Assembly: GCA_963823035.1 (NCBI GenBank)
Contig: CAWGKG010000014.1
Location: 448,001 to 512,000, forward strand
Source: an uncultured Gemmatimonadales bacterium
Lineage (GTDB): Bacteria > Gemmatimonadota > Gemmatimonadetes > Longimicrobiales > Gaopeijiaceae
DNA: 64,000 nucleotides
Direction of reading: 5' to 3'
Shown here piece by piece: positions 1-9,710 of the stretch; the stretch's first letter is position 1; the number at the start of each line of letters is the position of its first letter. The notes beneath the pieces were generated by a model. It worked only from the letters and a program-made list of their open reading frames with translations, did no database searches and was not told where the DNA came from. The position numbers and the translations under genes were made by a program.

Positions 1-719
1 AGCACCGTCGACTCGCTCAGGTTGTGGTTGCCCTCGATCGTGATGTGCCCGTAGCGGCTTCGCGGTCCCGGCGCGACGTCGTAGGTGAGGCGCGCCTCGT
101 ACGAGCCCCGTGGGATGAACGAGCTGAGCAGGACCTCGGCGCGCGCGTATCCCCGGTTCGCGAGCCGGTGCGTGAGGGTGTCCCGCGCGGCGTCGACCAC
201 CAGCGCGTTGTACGCCTCTCCCTGACCGATCGGCAGCCCCCGCGTGAGGCCCGCGTCGAAGTCTTCCGTGCCGAAGAACTCGATCGTGTCCACGAGCACC
301 GGCCGCCCCTCGTCCACGTGGAAGGTCACCGTGGTCGTGCCGTCCGGCCGGAGCGTGGTGGCGGTGTCGATCACGGCTTCGCGATAGCCGCGGATGAAGT
401 ACCACCGCTCCAGCCGGATCCGGTCGAGGGGGAACTCCCGCCTCGGAAGGTACTCCCGCTGGAGGGCGAACTCGGCGCCGGCGAAGCACAGGAGGGCGAT
501 CTTGTACACGACCGAGCGGCACTCCGTCTCCCTCGTCACGATCGCGCGGGCGAGCGAGTCGGACGGGAAGATCTCGTTGCCTTCGAAGCGGACCTCCCTG
601 ACCTCGAGGCGGGCGAGCTGAGCGCGCGCCGGCGACGCGTCCGTCGCCAACACGAGGCCGACCAGGGCGAGCGCCCCGGCCGCCTTCCCCACGACCGAGG
701 ACAGCCGCCGCGTCCTCAA
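1..719 (-). CDS. BamA/TamA (Omp85) family outer-membrane protein, N-terminal POTRA region (runs off window edge)
   Basis: Not in the ORF track. Hand translation from TTG at 719 gives a signal peptide then LEVREVRFEGNEIF...WYFIRGYREA...VDEGRPVLVDTIEF...LANRGYARAEV...YGHITIEGN, typical POTRA repeats. TTGA overlap with the upstream stop. Confidence 0.8.
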   Translation of the reverse strand, partial: MRTRRLSSVVGKAAGALALVGLVLATDASPARAQLARLEVREVRFEGNEIFPSDSLARAIVTRETECRSVVYKIALLCFAGAEFALQREYLPRREFPLDRIRLERWYFIRGYREAVIDTATTLRPDGTTTVTFHVDEGRPVLVDTIEFFGTEDFDAGLTRGLPIGQGEAYNALVVDAARDTLTHRLANRGYARAEVLLSSFIPRGSYEARLTYDVAPGPRSRYGHITIEGNHNLSESTV

Positions 720-877
720 GCTCCGCCGTCGCCCCGGTCCAGCGGCTCGCGCGCCAGGAAGAGGCGCACCACGTAGAACGCCGCCATCCCCACGCCGAAC
801 CCCAGCGTGGTGGCGACCAGCGCGGCAGCCGCGGTGTCCCTCCGTTCGGGCCGGAGGCGGATCCAGCGCTTCTTCAT
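716..877 (-). CDS. Small single-TM membrane protein (53 aa)
   Basis: MKKRWIRLRPERRDTAAAALVATTLGFGVGMAAFYVVRLFLARE...; ATGA and TTGA overlaps with both neighbours; GGGGAG SD. Confidence 0.65.
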   Translation of the reverse strand: MKKRWIRLRPERRDTAAAALVATTLGFGVGMAAFYVVRLFLAREPLDRGDGGA

Positions 878-1717
878 CGTCCGCTCCCCCCGACGTCCGT
901 CACCCACCCCGAGGGCAGCGGGAGCGTTCGTGGCTCGCCGGACACGAAGCGCGCGGATCCTGCGTCGAGGCGGTGCGGCACGACTTCCACGACGTCGCGC
1001 TCCAGCCTGACGACGGCGAGCGTGTTGTGGCCGGCCTCCACCCCACGCCCCCGCGACGACGCGGTGGTCCCGCACGCCACGAGCGGGATGCCCGGGCCGT
1101 CCCCGTCCACCAGGGCCCGGGAGGTGGAGATGTGCGTCTGGTGCACGTGGCCCCCGAGCACGAGGTCCACCTCCATCGCCTCGAAGGCCTCCAGGAGCCG
1201 GCGCGCGTGCGGCAGCGGGCTTCCCCCACGTTCGTCCGGCGTGGGCACGAAGTGGTGGTGCACCACGAGGATGCGGGCGTCGCCGGCCGGGGTGGGCGTG
1301 AAAGCCGAGCGCGCGAAGTCGACCTGCGCGGGGTCGATCCTCCCCGCCACGATCGCACGCCGGGGCGCGGAGGAGTTCAGCGCCACCACCGTGGCGCCAT
1401 CCAGACGCAGCACCGTGTCGAGCTCCGGGGAGACGAAGCGCCGCCAGTTCCGATAGGGGTCGAGCAGGCGCTCCCAGAAGCGGTAGAGCGGTACATCGTG
1501 GTTGCCCGGGGTGACGACCACGGGGGTCCCTGCGGGGAGCGCGTCCAGCAGGGCCCGCGCGGTGCGGAATTCCGAGGGCTTGGCGCGCTGCGTAAGATCT
1601 CCCGAAACGACCACGACGTCGGGCGTCGAGCGCGCGGGCGAGCTCGAGGAACGCCTCCGCCACGGAGGGCCTGTAGGGCTTGCCCACCTGCAGGTCGGAG
1701 CCGTGGAGGATCAGCAC
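874..1717 (-). CDS. Metallophosphoesterase (calcineurin-like, CpdA/Icc-related); frameshift near 1622
   Basis: HGSDLQ in the first frame, then VSGDLT, PGNHD, HHH and GHVH in ORF 874..1614. Confidence 0.8.
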
Positions 1718-1727
1718 GCCCAGCCTC

Positions 1728-2591
1728 CTACCGGGCCGCGCGGGCCGCGGGCTCGGACCGGGGGGCGCCGCGCAGGCGGGTCATGCCGACCAGCCCGACG
1801 GCGACGATCGCGACGCTGATCATCTGCGCCAGCGTGAACATCCCGACGAAGCGGTCGTCCTTGGCGCGGAAGAACTCGACGATGAAGCGCTCGGTGCCGG
1901 CCAGCGCGAGCCACACCATGAACAGCCATCCGGGGCGGTGCTTGTGCCCGTGGATCCTCCACAGGAAGAGGAAGATCAACGTGGACATGCCCACCTCGTA
2001 GAGCTGCGTCGGGTGCACCGGCACGACCTGACCGTACTTCTCGATCAGCGCCGGGTCGACGGTGAGCCCGAACTGGCGCTGGATCTCGGTGACGGTGGTG
2101 GGCGGCGTCCCCTGCGGGAAGCGGATGCCCACCCACGAATCCGTGGGCCGGCCCCAGTCGTCACCGACCATGAAGCACCCGATGCGGCCGACCGCGTAGG
2201 CGATCGCGAGCGGCGCGGCCACCGCGTCCGCCATCTGTCCCAGGGGGAGCTTGCTGCGCCGAATCTCCCAGACGATGAGCGCGGTAGCGCCCAGGAAGCC
2301 GCCGTACCACACCAGTCCCCCGCGCGAGAAGATCAGCGAGGCCGGATCCTCCATCAGGCGCGGCCAGTTGAGCAGCACGTAGTAGATCTTCGCGCCCAGG
2401 ATGCCCCCGATCACGGCCATGAAGACGAAGTCCCATGCCTTCTCGGGGTCGTAGCCCAGGCGGGCGAGCTCCGCCCGGCACGCATAGCCCCCCGTCACGA
2501 ACGCCAGCAGCATGAAGACGCCGAACGTGGTGATCGGCTGGCCGCCGAGGAGGGGGATCCATTCCGGGAGTCTGAACAGGAGGGGATGCAT
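1728..2591 (-). CDS. lgt: Prolipoprotein diacylglyceryl transferase
   Basis: GGLVWYGG, GRIGCFMVGDDWG, HPTQLYE and RFIVEFFR motifs. Confidence 0.95.
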   Translation of the reverse strand: MHPLLFRLPEWIPLLGGQPITTFGVFMLLAFVTGGYACRAELARLGYDPEKAWDFVFMAVIGGILGAKIYYVLLNWPRLMEDPASLIFSRGGLVWYGGFLGATALIVWEIRRSKLPLGQMADAVAAPLAIAYAVGRIGCFMVGDDWGRPTDSWVGIRFPQGTPPTTVTEIQRQFGLTVDPALIEKYGQVVPVHPTQLYEVGMSTLIFLFLWRIHGHKHRPGWLFMVWLALAGTERFIVEFFRAKDDRFVGMFTLAQMISVAIVAVGLVGMTRLRGAPRSEPAARAAR

Positions 2592-2603
2592 CGGCTGTCC
2601 GGG

Positions 2604-3668
2604 TCAGGCGGATCTTCGGGTCATGCCTGGAAACGCCAGGTCCGCCGAGGCGGAGGCCCCGCCGGCAGCGACGTGGCCCTGGTCGTAGCGGAAGCGCGCC
2701 GCGCGCGCGACCATGGCACCGTTGTCGAGCGAGAGCCGAGGGGAGGCCCGGAAGAGCCTGCCTCCCGATCCGAGGCGCGCGGCGATCTCCTCGCACAGGC
2801 GGCCGTTCGCGCTCACTCCCCCACCCACCAGGACGCGGGCGCAGCCCGTCTGCTCGACGGCGCGCATGGTCTTGGCCGCCAGGACGTCCACGGCGGCCTC
2901 CTGGAAGCAGGCCGCGACGTGGGCGCGCTCCGCCTCCAACGAGCCGGACCGGTCGAGACGACGCGCCACCTCGGCCACGGCGGTCTTGAGCCCCGAGAAC
3001 GAGAAGTCGAAGTAGTCGGCATCGACCGGGCGCTGGTTGCCCCGAAGCATGGGCCGGGGCAGCCTGTGACGCTCGGGATCGCCTGCCCGTGCGAGCTTCT
3101 CGATCTCGGGACCGCCCGGGTAGGGAAGGCCCAGCAGCTTGGCGACCTTGTCGAACGCCTCGCCGGCCGCGTCGTCGCGCGTCTCTCCCAGCAGGGTGTA
3201 CCGCCCCCACGCCTCCGCGTGCAGCAGGAGGGTGTGGCCGCCCGACACGAGCAGCGCCACGAAGGGCGGCTCGGCTTCCCGGTCCTCGATGGCCGGCGCG
3301 AACAAGTGCGCCTCCATGTGGTGGACCGCGACCAGCGGCTTGTCCAGCGCGAACGCCACCGCCTTGGTCCAGCACACGCCCACCAGGAGGGCGCCGATGA
3401 GCCCTGGGCCCGCGGTGACGCCGAATACGTCGACCTCGTCCAGCTCCACCGAGGCCTTCTTGAGCGCCTCCTGCACGACCGCGTCGATGCGCTGCAGGTG
3501 TGCACGCGCGGCGAGCTCGGGTACCACGCCGCCGAACACCTCGTGCACGTCCTGCGAGAGGATCACGTGTCCCAGGATGTCGTTGCGACCGTCGAGAATG
3601 GCCGCCGACGTCTCGTCGCAGGAGGTCTCGATCCCCAGCACGAGCGGCCGGACGGGCGTGGAGCTCAT
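2604..3668 (-). CDS. tsaD: tRNA N6-adenosine threonylcarbamoyltransferase
   Basis: LGIETSCDETS, GGVVPELAARAH, HHMEAH, SGGHT, DDAAGEAFDK, FSFSGLKTA, DNGAMVA. Confidence 0.97.
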   Translation of the reverse strand: MSSTPVRPLVLGIETSCDETSAAILDGRNDILGHVILSQDVHEVFGGVVPELAARAHLQRIDAVVQEALKKASVELDEVDVFGVTAGPGLIGALLVGVCWTKAVAFALDKPLVAVHHMEAHLFAPAIEDREAEPPFVALLVSGGHTLLLHAEAWGRYTLLGETRDDAAGEAFDKVAKLLGLPYPGGPEIEKLARAGDPERHRLPRPMLRGNQRPVDADYFDFSFSGLKTAVAEVARRLDRSGSLEAERAHVAACFQEAAVDVLAAKTMRAVEQTGCARVLVGGGVSANGRLCEEIAARLGSGGRLFRASPRLSLDNGAMVARAARFRYDQGHVAAGGASASADLAFPGMTRRSA

Positions 3669-4646
3669 GACCCGTCCCCCGGCGGTCGGATGCCGTTGGC
3701 GTCACTGGCGCGGCGCACGGTGACGATGTCCTCCGGCACCTCGACGGCAACGAGAACCGGCGCGCCGTCCACGTGGACCGGGACGCGCCGCGCCTCCCCC
3801 GGCGCGATCCCACGCACCAGCTCGGGAGCGATCCAGGCGTGCAGGTCGGCGGGATCCACGGCGGTGACGAGTGTGCGCGCTCCCCGCAGCGTGACGTCGA
3901 TCGGCGGACGGGCGGATCACGATGGGCGCCTCGCCGTCCCCGGCCGCGGTCACCACGGGAACCCCCGTGATCACGCGCTCGATCTCCTCCTCCACCCGGA
4001 TGCCCACCGTGACGGTGGCCGGGGTGAAGCGCACGCCATGGTGCCCCAGCGTGTCCACCGCGAGATCGAGGACCCCCGAGGCCTCCACCCTGGAGAGATC
4101 GAGCGGGGAGAGGCGCACCGAGTCGAGACCTTCGAGTCGGCTGGCGGCGCCGCGCGCGCGCACCACGGGCGGGTTCAATCCGATCGGGCTGGCGAGGGAC
4201 AGGTGGCTGGGCAGCATGCCCTTCGTGTTCACGGCGACCGGGATCACGCGGCTCACGGCGGGCTCGAGCGCGATGGTCACGCCCGAGGGGCTCATCGATT
4301 CGACGGCCAGACCGCTGCCCTCCCCGAGCCGCACCCAGTCACGGCGGAGCGTCACGAAGGTGTCGGGCGAGCCCACCTCGAGAAGGGGGATGCGGACCGC
4401 CGTGCCCTCGCGCGCCAGGCGGATGATCTGGCTGGGGGAACCGGTCAGACGCAGCTCCACCGACGTCGGATCGGGAAGGCCGGAGGTGGTCCACGCCGTG
4501 TCCGCGACGTCCACGATCACCGGAACCGTGAAGCTCTCGGCGTTCTGCGGCTCGCTCTGCACCAGCGCCCACAGGAAGACGGAGAGCGCGAGCGCGGAGA
4601 GCTTCAGCCTCCAGTTGTGGACCAGGTCGCGGGGTGCGTAGGCCAC
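3665..4646 (-). CDS. YbbR/CdaR-like domain protein; frameshift near 3905
   Basis: HNWRLKLSALALSVFLWALV N-terminal TM followed by repeated YbbR-like P..V..V.G segments. C-terminus lies in ORF 3665..3859 with an ATGA overlap into tsaD. Confidence 0.8.
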
Positions 4647-4652
4647 GGCCGC

Positions 4653-5210
4653 CTACTCGCCCAGCAGTCGGCGCACCAGCTCTTGGTTCACGGGCGCCGC
4701 CCAATCGGTTCCCCCGGCGACCTTCTTGTAGATCATGCCGTCGCGCCCGACCAGGAAGGTCTCGGGCACGCCCGTGGTCTGATAGGTCTGCTGGATCTTG
4801 CCCGTGGGGTCGTGCAGGATCGGGAAGGTCAGACCCAGCTCGTCGGCGAACGCGCGCAGGTCGCCACCCGGGCGACCCCATTCGTCCTGCTCGCCCGCTC
4901 TGGCATCGATGCTCACCGCGAGGATCTCGAAGTCGGTGTCCTTCAGATCCTTGTAGAGCACCTCCATGGAAGGCATCTCGTCGCGGCACGGTGCGCACCA
5001 CGTCGCCCAGATGCTCACCAGCACCACGCGGCCGTCGTAGTCCGAGAGGTGGACGGTCTGGCCATCGAGCGTCGTAGCCGCGAAATCGGGGGCCGCCACG
5101 CCGGTGAGGATGGGCTGGTAGTTCTCCCGTCCTCTCCACGCGGCGGCGACCACCGTCACGACCACGACGATGGCCCAGAAATAGGGTGACTTGTAGGGCT
5201 TGCGCTTCAT
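4653..5210 (-). CDS. TlpA/ResA-like thiol-disulfide oxidoreductase
   Basis: N-terminal TM anchor, APDF, WATWCAPCRDEMP, GVPETFLV. Confidence 0.92.
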   Translation of the reverse strand: MKRKPYKSPYFWAIVVVVTVVAAAWRGRENYQPILTGVAAPDFAATTLDGQTVHLSDYDGRVVLVSIWATWCAPCRDEMPSMEVLYKDLKDTDFEILAVSIDARAGEQDEWGRPGGDLRAFADELGLTFPILHDPTGKIQQTYQTTGVPETFLVGRDGMIYKKVAGGTDWAAPVNQELVRRLLGE

Positions 5211-5325
5211 GGCCGGGATCGCCTGCGTGACCTGGGGAACTGCCTGACGATGCTACGGCGCGCGGGGGGCTTTGTTCCCACCCGCGGGCCCGTTCCGGCG
5301 TGAAATGTAGGCGTTCGGGAGGTCC

Positions 5326-5811
5326 TCAGAAACGGATGCCCAGTCGGAAGACCACCTGGTCGTCGGGATCGACGAACTCGTAGCGCGCTTCCAGGTAGGC
5401 CCCGAGCACCAGCGTGCCCAGGTTCACGCCCGCACCGACGCCGAATCCGGTGGCGTCGCTGGAGACGCCATCGACGGTGGTTCTCCGCCACACGAGTCCC
5501 GCCGCCCCGTAGGGCGTCAGGACCGGGAGCGGCATCTCGAGGTGCAGGTCGGCGGAGCCCCCCCAGAGCGAGCAATCGACGGTGCCGCAGTCGGGGAAGA
5601 AGTAGTCCCCCGCCACGAACACGTCGACGGGCACGAGGGGGATGCTCAGCTCCAGGCTTCCGCCTACGCCGTTCGCCCTGCCGCCCACGTTCGTCCCCCG
5701 CGCCGACGCCCGGGCGGCGTGGATGCCCGGCCTGAGCTGAGCCCCGGCCTCGCCGACGGAGGAGACCACGGCCAGGAGGGCGAGCCCGACGGGAAGAAGG
5801 CGGCGATTCAT
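5326..5811 (-). CDS. Outer-membrane beta-barrel protein (OmpA/OmpW-like barrel)
   Basis: Signal peptide MNRRLLPVGLALLAVV..AGA, PYGAAG, alternating strands, C-terminal LGIRF. Confidence 0.75.
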   Translation of the reverse strand: MNRRLLPVGLALLAVVSSVGEAGAQLRPGIHAARASARGTNVGGRANGVGGSLELSIPLVPVDVFVAGDYFFPDCGTVDCSLWGGSADLHLEMPLPVLTPYGAAGLVWRRTTVDGVSSDATGFGVGAGVNLGTLVLGAYLEARYEFVDPDDQVVFRLGIRF

Positions 5812-5867
5812 GGCATGTGCTCCCTTTCTCGGACTTCCAGCAAGGTCGCGTGCGAGCGCGGTCGGGC

Positions 5868-6698
5868 CTATCCGCCGCGCCTTCCCACGGAGAGCCGGAC
5901 GGCCGCGCCGCGCTCGAGGAGCGAATCCGCGGGTGGCTCCTGCTCCACCACGATGCCCTGGTCCCGTCCGAAGCGGAAGACCTCCTCCACCTCGCCGACC
6001 GTGAGTCCCAGCGAGTCGAGCACCGCGACGGCGTCGACCTCCGAGAGCCCCAGGACGAGGGGCATCGGTACCAGCGGAGGTCCCCGGCTCACCTTCAGGT
6101 GGATCTCCGCGGGGAGCGCCACGGTCTGGTCGGGCCCTGGCGTCGTCTCCACCACCCGCCCACGCGGGATCTCCGCGTCCACGGTATCCACGGCAACGAC
6201 GAACCCCGAGGTTTCGAGCACGATCCGTGCCCGGTCCGCGTCGACGTGCCGCACGTCCGGGACGCCACGGAGCTGGGGGCCGAGGCTGCGGGTCACGCGG
6301 ACGCCGTCTCCCGGCTCCGCGAGCTGCCCCGGCAGCGGCGATTGACCCAGCACGAGCCCGCGCTCGACGGAGGGGTGCCGCAGCGAGTCCACCACCCCGA
6401 GATCGAGTCCGGCGCCCCGCAGGCGCTCGCGCGCCGTGGCCAGGCCGAGGCCACGCACGTCGGGCACGGCGACGAGGTCGTTGTGCGGCGGCGGGGCGGG
6501 AAAGACGACCTGCGTGGCGATCAGCCATCCGGCGAGCCACCCGAAGAGGGCCAGGCCGACGACCTGGAGCGTGAGCCGAGCCCACCCGTCGAGGCGCGCG
6601 TACCAGCTTCCGCCCCCACCCTCCCCTTCGTCGCCGGCTTCCCGGCGCCCCGTCCCGGCGCGCCTGCGCGTGCGCTTCAGGGACCCTCCCAGCTTCAT
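5868..6698 (-). CDS. Membrane-anchored PASTA-domain protein (3 PASTA repeats, no kinase domain)
   Basis: One TM then VPDVRG..A..L..AGL..V..QSP repeats x3. Confidence 0.88.
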   Translation of the reverse strand: MKLGGSLKRTRRRAGTGRREAGDEGEGGGGSWYARLDGWARLTLQVVGLALFGWLAGWLIATQVVFPAPPPHNDLVAVPDVRGLGLATARERLRGAGLDLGVVDSLRHPSVERGLVLGQSPLPGQLAEPGDGVRVTRSLGPQLRGVPDVRHVDADRARIVLETSGFVVAVDTVDAEIPRGRVVETTPGPDQTVALPAEIHLKVSRGPPLVPMPLVLGLSEVDAVAVLDSLGLTVGEVEEVFRFGRDQGIVVEQEPPADSLLERGAAVRLSVGRRGG

Positions 6699-8005
6699 GC
6701 CGCCCTCCTCAGGCGTGCGGCGAACGCTCCGTCGAATCCCGTTCTCCAGGGAAGCACGACGAGTCGGCCGTCCCCGTCGACATACTCCTCCCGCACCGCC
6801 TGGGTTCGCTCCAGGCGGAAGTCGGGCCTGCGTTCAAGGAAGGCGGACACCTGCTCCTCGTTCTCCTCGACCTCGAGGCTGCACGTCGCGTAGACGAGCA
6901 GCCCGCCCGGGCGCACGACCCCGGCCGCTCCGTCCAGGATCGCCCGCTGGACGGCGGCGAGGGTGCCGACCGAATCCGGACCGAGCCGCCAGCGCCCATC
7001 GGGGTGCCGGGCGAGCGTGCCGGTGCCGGTGCACGGGACGTCCACCACCACCACGTCGACTTCGCGGACGGGAGGATGGGCGGCGTCGGCGACCACGAGG
7101 CCGAGGGGTCGCCCGGTCCGCACGGCGTTTTCGCGAACCCTGCGCATGCGCGCTTCCGATCGGTCGGCGGCCAGAGTATAGGACGCGCGTGCGGAGAGGG
7201 CGAGCGCCTTGCCACCGGGGGCAGCGCACAGGTCGGCCAGCCGCGCCCCGGCGTCCACGTCCGCATAGCACGTCACCAGGTGGGCGCCGGGATCCTGGAT
7301 GATGGAAGGCAGCGCGGCGAGCGCGGCGGCCGGATCCGTGCCCACCGCGAGCCGGAGGCACCCCGGGTCTCCCTCGAACGGCACGGCGTCGATCCCCACC
7401 CCGGCGAGGGTGGCGACCGCTTCCGCCGGGTCGAGGTCCAGCGGCACGAGCCCGAGCGCGGGCCGGCGGTTGTCCGCCTCCACCAGGGCGCGCACCTCCT
7501 CCGGCGTCCAGCGGCGCAGCCAGCGCTCGACCATCCAGCGCGGATGCGACCCCCAGCTCACCAGCCACCCGGCAGGGTCGGTCGCGAAGTCCGGGAAACG
7601 CTCCGCCCCCTCCCCACCGTCACCCACGGCACGCAGCACGGCGTTCACCAACCCGCCCGCCCCCTTGCCCGCCTCGCGGCGAGCCTGGGACACGGTCTGG
7701 GAGACGGCCGCGTAGCGGGGCACGCCGCCCATGTAGAGGATCTGGTACGCACCGAGGCGGAGCAGCTCGAGCACCGGGGGCTCCAACCGCTCGAGGCCCC
7801 CGTGCACGTGCTGCCCGAGCAGGTGGTCGAGCCGACCGCGCAGGCGCGCCACCCCGTAGACCAACTCGTGGACGAAGGCGCGGTCGCGTGGCACGAGGTC
7901 GGGCATGGCCCGCGACAGCGCGACGTCCAGGCGCAGGCCCCGACCGACCGCGGTCGCGACGTCCAGGGCTGCGCGGCGGGCCTCCGTGATGTCGGATGTG
8001 CTCAG
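6695..8005 (-). CDS. rsmB: 16S rRNA m5C967 methyltransferase RsmB/Sun (probable CTG start)
   Basis: NusB-like N-terminus, SHPRW, IQD, DLCAAPGGK, DVPCTGTG, YATCS, DGAFAA. The frame stays open and homolog-like (EARRAALDV...RLDVAL) up to CTG at 8005. Confidence 0.9.
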   Translation of the reverse strand: MSTSDITEARRAALDVATAVGRGLRLDVALSRAMPDLVPRDRAFVHELVYGVARLRGRLDHLLGQHVHGGLERLEPPVLELLRLGAYQILYMGGVPRYAAVSQTVSQARREAGKGAGGLVNAVLRAVGDGGEGAERFPDFATDPAGWLVSWGSHPRWMVERWLRRWTPEEVRALVEADNRRPALGLVPLDLDPAEAVATLAGVGIDAVPFEGDPGCLRLAVGTDPAAALAALPSIIQDPGAHLVTCYADVDAGARLADLCAAPGGKALALSARASYTLAADRSEARMRRVRENAVRTGRPLGLVVADAAHPPVREVDVVVVDVPCTGTGTLARHPDGRWRLGPDSVGTLAAVQRAILDGAAGVVRPGGLLVYATCSLEVEENEEQVSAFLERRPDFRLERTQAVREEYVDGDGRLVVLPWRTGFDGAFAARLRRAA

Positions 8006-8808
8006 TCGAGCATCCCCTCGGTCGGCGAGGACGGAACCGCGATCTCCCGCGAGGGCATCCGGCCCGCCAGGTACGCCTGCCGGCCCGCCACGATCGCGTG
8101 CCGCATCGCGTGGGCCATGCGCACCGGGTCGGCGGCGGCCGCCAGCGCGGTGTTCATGAGCACGCCGTCCACGCCCTGCTCCATCGTGACGCAGGCGTCC
8201 GAGGCCGTACCCACGCCCGCGTCCACGATGACGGGCACCTGCAGACGGCGCTTGATCTCACGGATGAAGTAGGGGTTCACCACGCCGAGGCCGCTCCCGA
8301 TCGGGCTCGCCAGCGGCATCACGGCCACGCAGCCCGCCTCCTCGAGGCGGAGCGCCGTGATCAGATCGTCGTTCGTGTAGGCCATGACCTTGAAGCCCTC
8401 GTCCGCGAGGACCCTGGCGGCCTCCAGGGTAGCCTGTGTGTCGGGAAGGAGCGTGGCCTGGTCGCCGATCACCTCGAGCTTGATCCACTCGTTGAAGCCG
8501 GCGGCCCGCGCCAGCCGTGCGTAGCGGATCGCGTCCTCCGCATTGTAGCAGCCCGCCGTGTTGGCGAGGAGGAAGAACTCGCCGGGATCGAGATGGTGGA
8601 GGATCCCCTCCTCCTTCGTCCGGTCGAGGTCGATGCGCCGCACCGCCACGGTCACCATCTCCGTTCCGCTCGCGCGGATCGCGTCGACCATGATCTCGTT
8701 CGTGGCATACTTCCCGGTGCCGACGATCAGGCGCGACGTGAAGGCCCGTCCTCCGATCACGAGGGGCCCGTCCAGCATTCCCTGGGTCTGTACCGCGATC
8801 CGCGTCAT
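8002..8808 (-). CDS. thiG: Thiazole synthase
   Basis: SRLIVGTGKY, TVAVRR, NTAGC, WIKLEV, MPLASPIGSGLG, VDAGVG, ME.G.DGVL.NTA. Confidence 0.97.
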   Translation of the reverse strand: MTRIAVQTQGMLDGPLVIGGRAFTSRLIVGTGKYATNEIMVDAIRASGTEMVTVAVRRIDLDRTKEEGILHHLDPGEFFLLANTAGCYNAEDAIRYARLARAAGFNEWIKLEVIGDQATLLPDTQATLEAARVLADEGFKVMAYTNDDLITALRLEEAGCVAVMPLASPIGSGLGVVNPYFIREIKRRLQVPVIVDAGVGTASDACVTMEQGVDGVLMNTALAAAADPVRMAHAMRHAIVAGRQAYLAGRMPSREIAVPSSPTEGMLD

Positions 8809-8812
8809 CCTG

Positions 8813-9031
8813 TCATCCCCCGCCCACGAAGTGGACGAGCTCGATGGTATCTCCCTCACGCACCGGGACCTCCGCGTAGGCGTCCCGTGCGAGGATCTCC
8901 CGATTCAACTCGACGACCACGAGTGCCGGCTGCAGGTCGAGCGACTCCACCAGGGAGCGCACGTTGTGGCCGGCAGCGACCTCATGTTCCTTGCCGTTGA
9001 GGCGCACCCGGATCGTCGCCGGTTCGCTCAT
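8813..9031 (-). CDS. thiS: Sulfur carrier protein
   Basis: Ubiquitin-like, VELNREI, C-terminal VHFVGGG. Confidence 0.95.
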   Translation of the reverse strand: MSEPATIRVRLNGKEHEVAAGHNVRSLVESLDLQPALVVVELNREILARDAYAEVPVREGDTIELVHFVGGG

Positions 9032-9047
9032 GCTCCCGGACACGCCT

Positions 9048-9710
9048 TCACCCGACCGCCGCGGCGAGCGCATCAAGATACCGGCCCGCCGCTCCCATCG
9101 GGTCCGGCGCGTCCCAGATCCCGCGGATCGCCGCGACGCCGTACGCGCCGGCCGCGACGAGCTCGGCCACGCTCTCCGGCGTCACGCCCCCGATCGCGAG
9201 GACCGAGACGCCGCCCGACGCGCGGCGCGCGCCCGCGACCGCCTCGGGTCCGCGCGGCTCGAGCTCGGCGTGGCTCGGCGTCGCGTAGATGGTACCGGCG
9301 AAGATCCAGTGGGCTCCCTCGGCCGCCGCCTCCGCCGCTTCGACGTCGCTGTGGGTGGAGACGCCCAGCAGGGCCTCGACGCCCAGGATCCTGCGCGCGT
9401 CGCGCGGCCGAAGGGAGCGCCGTCCGAGCTGGACGGCTCCCGCCCCCGCAGTGAGCGCCACGTCCACACGGTCGTTCACCACCAGGAGCGCGCCCGATCC
9501 GAAGGCCGCGCCCGCCAGCCCGTGCGCGAGGCGGTAGAGCGTTCCACCGTCGGTGCCGGGTCCGCGAACATGCACGGCGATCCGGCTTCCACCCCGCTCC
9601 ATGAGGGTCGCGGCGGTCGCGGCGAAGTCCGCGCGCGCCAGCACCTCGTCGTCCGTGACCACGTGCAGGACCGGGACGACGGTCTCGCCAGGTCCCCGGG
9701 CGTCGCTCAT
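9048..9710 (-). CDS. thiE: Thiamine-phosphate synthase (ThiE/TenI family)
   Basis: VVNDRVDVA, LGVSTHS, GTIYATPSH, LAIGGVT, GVAAIRGI. Could be the TenI-type paralogue. Confidence 0.8.
   Translation of the reverse strand: MSDARGPGETVVPVLHVVTDDEVLARADFAATAATLMERGGSRIAVHVRGPGTDGGTLYRLAHGLAGAAFGSGALLVVNDRVDVALTAGAGAVQLGRRSLRPRDARRILGVEALLGVSTHSDVEAAEAAAEGAHWIFAGTIYATPSHAELEPRGPEAVAGARRASGGVSVLAIGGVTPESVAELVAAGAYGVAAIRGIWDAPDPMGAAGRYLDALAAAVG

Noticed and set aside
1680..1717. DLQ instead of DLH in metallophosphoesterase motif I as a sign of inactivity
   Set aside because: All other motifs are intact, and a single substitution is not enough to support a claim.
1680..5189. Very long antisense/alternate-frame ORFs (e.g. 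1680..5189, 28630..32130, 40168..42939, 51322..54393)
   Set aside because: They shadow well-supported genes, have no recognisable motifs, and are expected from stop-codon scarcity at high GC.
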